From IMG/VR virus record IMGVR_UViG_3300013126_000167, positions 1-29,677 of that record: DNA of 29,677 bases; one strand, 5' to 3'. The first letter of the stretch is position 1. The number at the start of each line of letters is the position of its first letter. Origin of the DNA: a virus (taxonomy: Duplodnaviria; Caudoviricetes). Below, piece after piece: positions 24,982-29,677 of the stretch. Below the pieces are notes generated by a model. The model did no database searches. It was given only the letters and a program-made list of their open reading frames with translations, and was not told the DNA's origin. Both the position numbers and the translations under genes were made by a program.

Positions 24982-25219
24982 CTTTATATTCCTTGCTTAA
25001 TTTATATATCATTATAACATGATCTAACGCTTCTTGTAAAGTTAGATTTGTTTTAGCTGCTATTCGAATATTCTCCCAGAGCGCATCCTCTTTCATTCTC
25101 GTCACATATTCTTCTGCCCAAACATCTATTTCAGCGGTGGGCACCCATGGTGATGTGTCAATGTAAACTCCCTCATACATCATGTCATCTGTTACTACTT
25201 GATTATTTAATTTTACCAT
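24974..25219 (-). CDS. Hypothetical protein
   Basis: 81 aa overlapping both neighbours (AAKTNLTLQEALDHVIMIYKLSK). Confidence 0.65.
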   Translation of the reverse strand: MVKLNNQVVTDDMMYEGVYIDTSPWVPTAEIDVWAEEYVTRMKEDALWENIRIAAKTNLTLQEALDHVIMIYKLSKEYKDV

Positions 25220-25713
25220 ATTTTGCTATAATCAACAACTTCGCTCTGGCGACTTATATCTTTAACAAAATAAGCGCACAGTGGATGTTCACCTTCTGTA
25301 ATAGGTACGGCTAACATCTGTCCAGGTTTAAGTTTAGGAAAATACCATTTAACGTCTTGGTAAATGTCTACGATTTCAACCGGATAAAATTCTGGTTTAA
25401 AACTCTCTAACGGATTAAACGTGTATGCACTAAATCCTCGATCATTAATTGACGCCAATGGTATAACTTCTAGATCACCAATGTCAGGTTCCCCTATTAG
25501 TATTTGCCAATCTACCGGCATCCTAATAATGTTACCGCCAATGTTTAACACTAACGCCGGACTGTTGAATGATTCTAAAAATATTAAAGGGATAAAAAAG
25601 TAATCAGGATTCTTAGGATCACTATTATCCAAAATTGCAAAACGTAGATCATCTACTTCGTCTGGAATCTCATTCATTTCGTATGCCGTGTTTTCCAATG
25701 TTAAAATGTACAT
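25213..25713 (-). CDS. Hypothetical protein
   Basis: 166 aa, AAGGA SD, acidic and beta-rich. Confidence 0.75.
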   Translation of the reverse strand: MYILTLENTAYEMNEIPDEVDDLRFAILDNSDPKNPDYFFIPLIFLESFNSPALVLNIGGNIIRMPVDWQILIGEPDIGDLEVIPLASINDRGFSAYTFNPLESFKPEFYPVEIVDIYQDVKWYFPKLKPGQMLAVPITEGEHPLCAYFVKDISRQSEVVDYSKIW

Positions 25714-26305
25714 AATTGTTCCTTAATTATTCCTGAATATTTTTGTTTAAATTGATCTAATGTCAGATTTGATTTAATAATCAATGCTAGAAAAATTCTA
25801 TTAGTTTCTACTCCACTGACTGCGTGACATTGTTGAACGTCATAGCAATACCACCGGTTAGTTTGGAATTTATAACTAGCAGTTTCTTTAATTTCGCTAA
25901 ATCTAAGATTAAATGCCTCCGACATATCGGACCGGTCTTGCCTATTGTAATCATAGAATTTAGTCTCAACATTGTTGCCACCCAGTTCAATATAAAAATT
26001 AATAGCAAGGTGCCGCAATCTATCACAATGTGGCGGCAACCAGGCAAAATTTCCCGATACGTTTCTCATAACTCCAGCAACTGTAATAATTTCTTCGTTT
26101 GGGAAATACGGAGCTAAAAATGTTGACATCTCTACATTAATGTTCTGTGCCCACTCAAAGTCATAATTAACTACATCAATTTCATAATTATGTAGTTTTT
26201 TAACCATTCTCTTGAACTGCTATTGTGTCCTAATGTTTGTGCGAATGACAATAAATTGTCAATTATTGAGATTGGCGGTGCAGGAAGTGCAAGTTCTAAG
26301 ATCAT
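25701..26305 (-). CDS. 2OG-Fe(II) oxygenase-like protein, apparently split by a -1 frameshift (26305..26171 and 26207..25701)
   Basis: PHCD...AINFYI...HAV...RIFL gives HxD...H...R in the 168-aa ORF. An upstream 44-aa ORF starts at an ATGA overlap with uvsW and joins via A AAA AAC at 26201-26195. Confidence 0.6.
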
Positions 26306-27759
26306 CGCCATTCTACTTTCTCTACCTGATATGGATAATTTGCTTCAGTGTAGAATTTTTTACGTGCTGTTAAATGGCGTTTAGCAAACTTGCAGGTTGA
26401 TGTGACGTCCCAAATTTGGACGAAATCTTTGTCTTCAGCTTTACGAATGCCTCGCCCAATTGATTGTATTACCCTAACAAAACTTTTACCAGGTTCAACC
26501 AAAACCAAATTAAAAATGCGAGGGATGTTAATCCCAACTGCGGCAACACCGTACGTGGCGACAATAACTTTGTCCTCGCTTGTTGCTACATCATCGTAAT
26601 GCTCTTTGCGATCATCTGCTTTAGTTCCCCCAGACACAAACACAGCGTCTTTGATTTTTTCTACTAATGCCTTACCTGGAGCAATACGATCTACCAGAAT
26701 TAGAGTATTTCCTGTAACTCTAATACGTTCTACCAGTTCGGCGATATAATCTAAACGATCTTCAGTTTCGAGCAAGTACCGCAGTTCGCTTTGATAGTCT
26801 TTGTATTCTACATAATCTACAAGTTGTAAGATATTTACGTGACACTGTGCTAGTACGCCCTGTTCCTGGAGTTCACTAGCACTGAGTTTACCTACCACAG
26901 GTCCTAAGCTACATAGTAGACTAACCTGTTCGTATGCTTCTTTTGGAATAGTACCAGTTAAGCCCCAACGAATTGGAATATGTGCCATTACTCCTGTTAA
27001 CAGGGTCTTAAGTGCATCGGCCTTGGCCATGTGTACTTCATCAACCATAACACAGACAACATCTTGTAGGAATTCACCAATGGTGATATCTACTTCTTGA
27101 TTACGGCTACCTTTTAATAGAATGTTAAGGCTTTGCCAAGTACAGATAGTGTGTGTGCGTCCAAACTCTTTACGGTCACCAAAGTATACACCAACATCTA
27201 GTCCTAAGTTAATATAGTCTGCTTCCGTTTGTGTTACCAATGATTTATTTGGCACAATAACGATAGTACGCCCATGTGGCTCACAACTATAACTAAGTGC
27301 CGCAGTCATGAGCGTTTTACCGGCACCTGTAGCCACCTCTTGTATACACTGTGGATTAGCCAAGAAACGATTGATAATTTCAATTTGGTAATCACGTAAG
27401 ACCACAGGCTGACCTGCCATTGGATGTTTGTCCGGCCAAACTTTGTGTGCGAATGTCTCCTCTGTTACTTGCTCAAACTCATACTGTGTACTATATTCAC
27501 GCAGGTCATCTAAGACAATCTCATACCCACGTTCATCTAGGTAAGGAATAATCTCAGGCAATAGGTTAACATAGCTACTGCCGCCTAAGGCAAAAAATCC
27601 TACTTTTCCATCCCACCGACCTAATCTGACTGCGGGCTGATAGCGAGCACCTGGTATTTCATATTTGAATTTGTTGGTTAAGTGTTTGCGTTCATGTAGG
27701 TCTAGACCCTCAATCTTACAATTCACTTCATCACGTATTATTAATCTGGCTGTGGCCAT
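26302..27759 (-). CDS. uvsW: SF2 DNA helicase, UvsW-like
   Basis: LRDYQ, ATGAGKT, VDEVH, GLTGT, GINIP and QSIGRGIR. N-terminal PGARYQPAVRLGRWDG matches the UvsW pattern. Confidence 0.9.
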   Translation of the reverse strand: MATARLIIRDEVNCKIEGLDLHERKHLTNKFKYEIPGARYQPAVRLGRWDGKVGFFALGGSSYVNLLPEIIPYLDERGYEIVLDDLREYSTQYEFEQVTEETFAHKVWPDKHPMAGQPVVLRDYQIEIINRFLANPQCIQEVATGAGKTLMTAALSYSCEPHGRTIVIVPNKSLVTQTEADYINLGLDVGVYFGDRKEFGRTHTICTWQSLNILLKGSRNQEVDITIGEFLQDVVCVMVDEVHMAKADALKTLLTGVMAHIPIRWGLTGTIPKEAYEQVSLLCSLGPVVGKLSASELQEQGVLAQCHVNILQLVDYVEYKDYQSELRYLLETEDRLDYIAELVERIRVTGNTLILVDRIAPGKALVEKIKDAVFVSGGTKADDRKEHYDDVATSEDKVIVATYGVAAVGINIPRIFNLVLVEPGKSFVRVIQSIGRGIRKAEDKDFVQIWDVTSTCKFAKRHLTARKKFYTEANYPYQVEKVEWR

Positions 27760-28886
27760 TAGTCTTTTTCTCTCAAAGGAACATAACTGTAATGTATAAT
27801 TTTTTCAGCACGGTTTACCCACTCTAGTCTAGCACCACCGTACATCATCTCTACAGTACTTACCATAAGCGGTATAGGCCATGCCCAACCTTTAGGTATC
27901 TTACTAGCATACACTACCTTTAGTCCGTAGTAATTATAATCGGCTGTTTTAGTACGGCCTGCAGCATCGAATCGTACAACTTCATCTTCTGCGAATCTTG
28001 ATAAATCTATGGTCTGTGTAGTGCCCGGATTATATATGCAAACAGGCCAACGACCTGTTAATTCAGCGTAGTCAAATATCAGATCTAAACTCCCCTGCTC
28101 TGTACTAGGCACATGCACTAGTCGTTTTTCACCAAACAGATTCAATAGCTCTGGTCTGCTTATACTAGGATCTATAGTGTAGCCTAGCACACCTGCAGCG
28201 TCTACAAGTTTAATCAAGTTATCCAGACCAAACCCGCCCAACTTATCCTCAACATACTCAATCAAACTATCAGCGGCATTGGTGATCTCAAACCGATCAG
28301 CACGTTGAACCAATTTAATCTCATAGCGATCGTTTTCAGCGGCTATAACTTTAGTATACAGATCTAAGACCTCAGAGTCAATGTCGAACTTGTTCATTTC
28401 ACCCCATGTGACCAGCCAGTTAACGTTGTATTCGGTTATGCCTAATCGCCAGATCTTACCGTCGTGATCCCATAGACTACGACCTTGTGCGGCATCTTTG
28501 AGCTTACGAAACTCTTCAATCCACGCACTGTTATAAGGGAACTTGGCCAGTAGGTCGTCACCGTCACGCCATATACGCAGACTGCGATCAATGGTACGTA
28601 GGGGGTATCTCCACTGAGGTTGCTGCTCTATGTCACCGATATCTACCCCTTGATTAGCAAACTGTCGTCGATATTTGACTACTAGTTTAACAGCCAGCTC
28701 TCCCTGCCGATCTGTCAATGCCCGATTGTTCCACAGGGTACTAGCGGCCATACTTTCAACTATCTGTACATCATACCGAGCTAAACTGAAGTTGTATTTG
28801 CCAGAGTTAAAGATAATGCTACCGCCAGGATCATAGCCTGCTAGTAGTTCGATGTAGTCTTCGACGTTCTGGAAGGTAATAGGCAT
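27759..28886 (-). CDS. Hypothetical protein with HARP-like segment
   Basis: 375 aa, TAATG-coupled to uvsW. Contains KFPYNSAWIEEFRKL...WDHDGKIWRL. TATACT lies 7 nt upstream of the ATG. Confidence 0.65.
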   Translation of the reverse strand: MPITFQNVEDYIELLAGYDPGGSIIFNSGKYNFSLARYDVQIVESMAASTLWNNRALTDRQGELAVKLVVKYRRQFANQGVDIGDIEQQPQWRYPLRTIDRSLRIWRDGDDLLAKFPYNSAWIEEFRKLKDAAQGRSLWDHDGKIWRLGITEYNVNWLVTWGEMNKFDIDSEVLDLYTKVIAAENDRYEIKLVQRADRFEITNAADSLIEYVEDKLGGFGLDNLIKLVDAAGVLGYTIDPSISRPELLNLFGEKRLVHVPSTEQGSLDLIFDYAELTGRWPVCIYNPGTTQTIDLSRFAEDEVVRFDAAGRTKTADYNYYGLKVVYASKIPKGWAWPIPLMVSTVEMMYGGARLEWVNRAEKIIHYSYVPLREKD

Positions 28887-28918
28887 AAATAAAAGTATAT
28901 TGTATTTAAGGTATTTCT

Positions 28919-29644
28919 ATGTTGTTTATTCAAAACAAGTATTATAAAGTATATTTTAGCTTAACCGATAGGGCAAAGTCAAGAACTTTACCAAAAGAAA
29001 CTTATGTTGAGAAGCATCATGTTATCCCAAAATCATTAGGCGGTGATAATTCTAAAGACAATATTGTTTCATTAACCGCAAGGGAGCATTTTATTTGCCA
29101 TTGGTTATTAACTAAAATGACATCCGGCAAGGAAAGAAGAAGCATGTGCTATGCGTTAAATCTTATGAAAACACATCATACAAATAAACGATATAATACA
29201 CTAATAACTAGCAGAGTATTCGAAAATATAAGATCACAGTTAGTTGTATCAGTTGAGACTAGAAAGAAAATGTCCAAGGCCCTAAAAGGAAAGAAAAAGC
29301 CAGCAGGGTTTGGTGAAAAAATATCAAACGCACTTAAAGGCAGACCATCCGTTCATAGAGGCAAGATACAGCCTGCTGATATCAAAGAAAAAATTAGATT
29401 GTCTAATTTGGGTAAAAATAAAGGAAAGATTCCTTGGAACAAAGGAAAATCTCATCCTTGTACAGCTCAAACGGCGGCAAAAATAGCTCAAGCAAATACA
29501 GGAAAAGTATTCTCCGAAGAACATAAACTCAAATTATCATTATCTACAAAAGGAATTTCTAAACCCAGATTTGACTGTAATTTTTGTGGGAAATCAATAG
29601 GTGGATTAGGAAACTATAAACGGCATTTAACTTTATGTAAGTGA
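28919..29644 (+). mobile_element. Free-standing HNH (MobE-like) homing endonuclease with NUMOD3 repeats
   Basis: YVEKHHVIPKSLGG.NS..NIV.LTAREHFICHWLL, then SVETRKKMS, PWNKG and SEEHKLKLS repeats and a C-terminal CNFC...H...C. Counter-oriented, with CATAAATA at 28884-28891. Confidence 0.9.
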
Positions 29645-29677
29645 AAAAAGAGCCCAAATGTATTGCTACACTTGGGC
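29644..29677 (-). terminator. Rho-independent terminator for a - strand gene beyond the window
   Basis: On the - strand: GCCCAAGTGTA-GCAA-TACATTTGGGC-TCTTTTTT (GNRA loop plus U-tract). Confidence 0.8.

Noticed and set aside
26246-26261. Palindrome TGACAAT-AA-ATTGTCA as an FNR/IscR-type operator
   Set aside because: Does not match TTGAT-N4-ATCAA, occurs once, and lies in probable coding sequence of an AT-rich genome.
1-29677. Stop-codon reassignment, tRNA/rRNA genes, CRISPR array, diversity-generating retroelement
   Set aside because: TAA, TAG and TGA all terminate full-length conserved genes. Intergenic gaps are under 100 nt with no cloverleaf or repeat-spacer pattern. No reverse transcriptase or TR/VR pair was seen despite the Mtd-N-like domain.

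Overview
AT-rich, gene-dense segment of a large tailed dsDNA bacteriophage with T4-like replication and late-gene features, read in the standard genetic code. The first 2.8 kb (+ strand) is a translationally coupled array of small ORFs sharing a C-terminal 'F-x-L-x-W/F' motif, interrupted by an amino-type DNA methyltransferase. Almost everything else is on the - strand. In transcription order it holds a HARP-like protein, a UvsW-like helicase, a 2OG-Fe(II) oxygenase-like gene apparently split at an A-AAA-AAC -1 slippery site, a gp62-like clamp-loader subunit, a 196-aa mini-DnaE, virion proteins, a GIY-YIG endonuclease wedged in front of the primase, and a gp41/DnaB helicase. These are followed by a late cluster (a KxDG ligase-fold protein, proteins with a shared M-K/R-I/L-x-E N-terminus, and a holin-like gene with a GGCA-repeat leader), an iscU-erpA-iscA Fe-S module, a PD-(D/E)XK exonuclease, a beta-helix tailspike-like protein, class Ia nrdAB, a glutaredoxin plus a CxxC-less paralog, and paired Gly/Ala/Ser-rich proteins with duplicated C-termini. 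An HNH endonuclease lies at the right end on the + strand. Two promoter classes are visible: sigma70-like, often leaderless, and T4-late-like TAAATA. No tRNA, rRNA or CRISPR array was seen. All product calls come from motif recognition by eye, not database searches.
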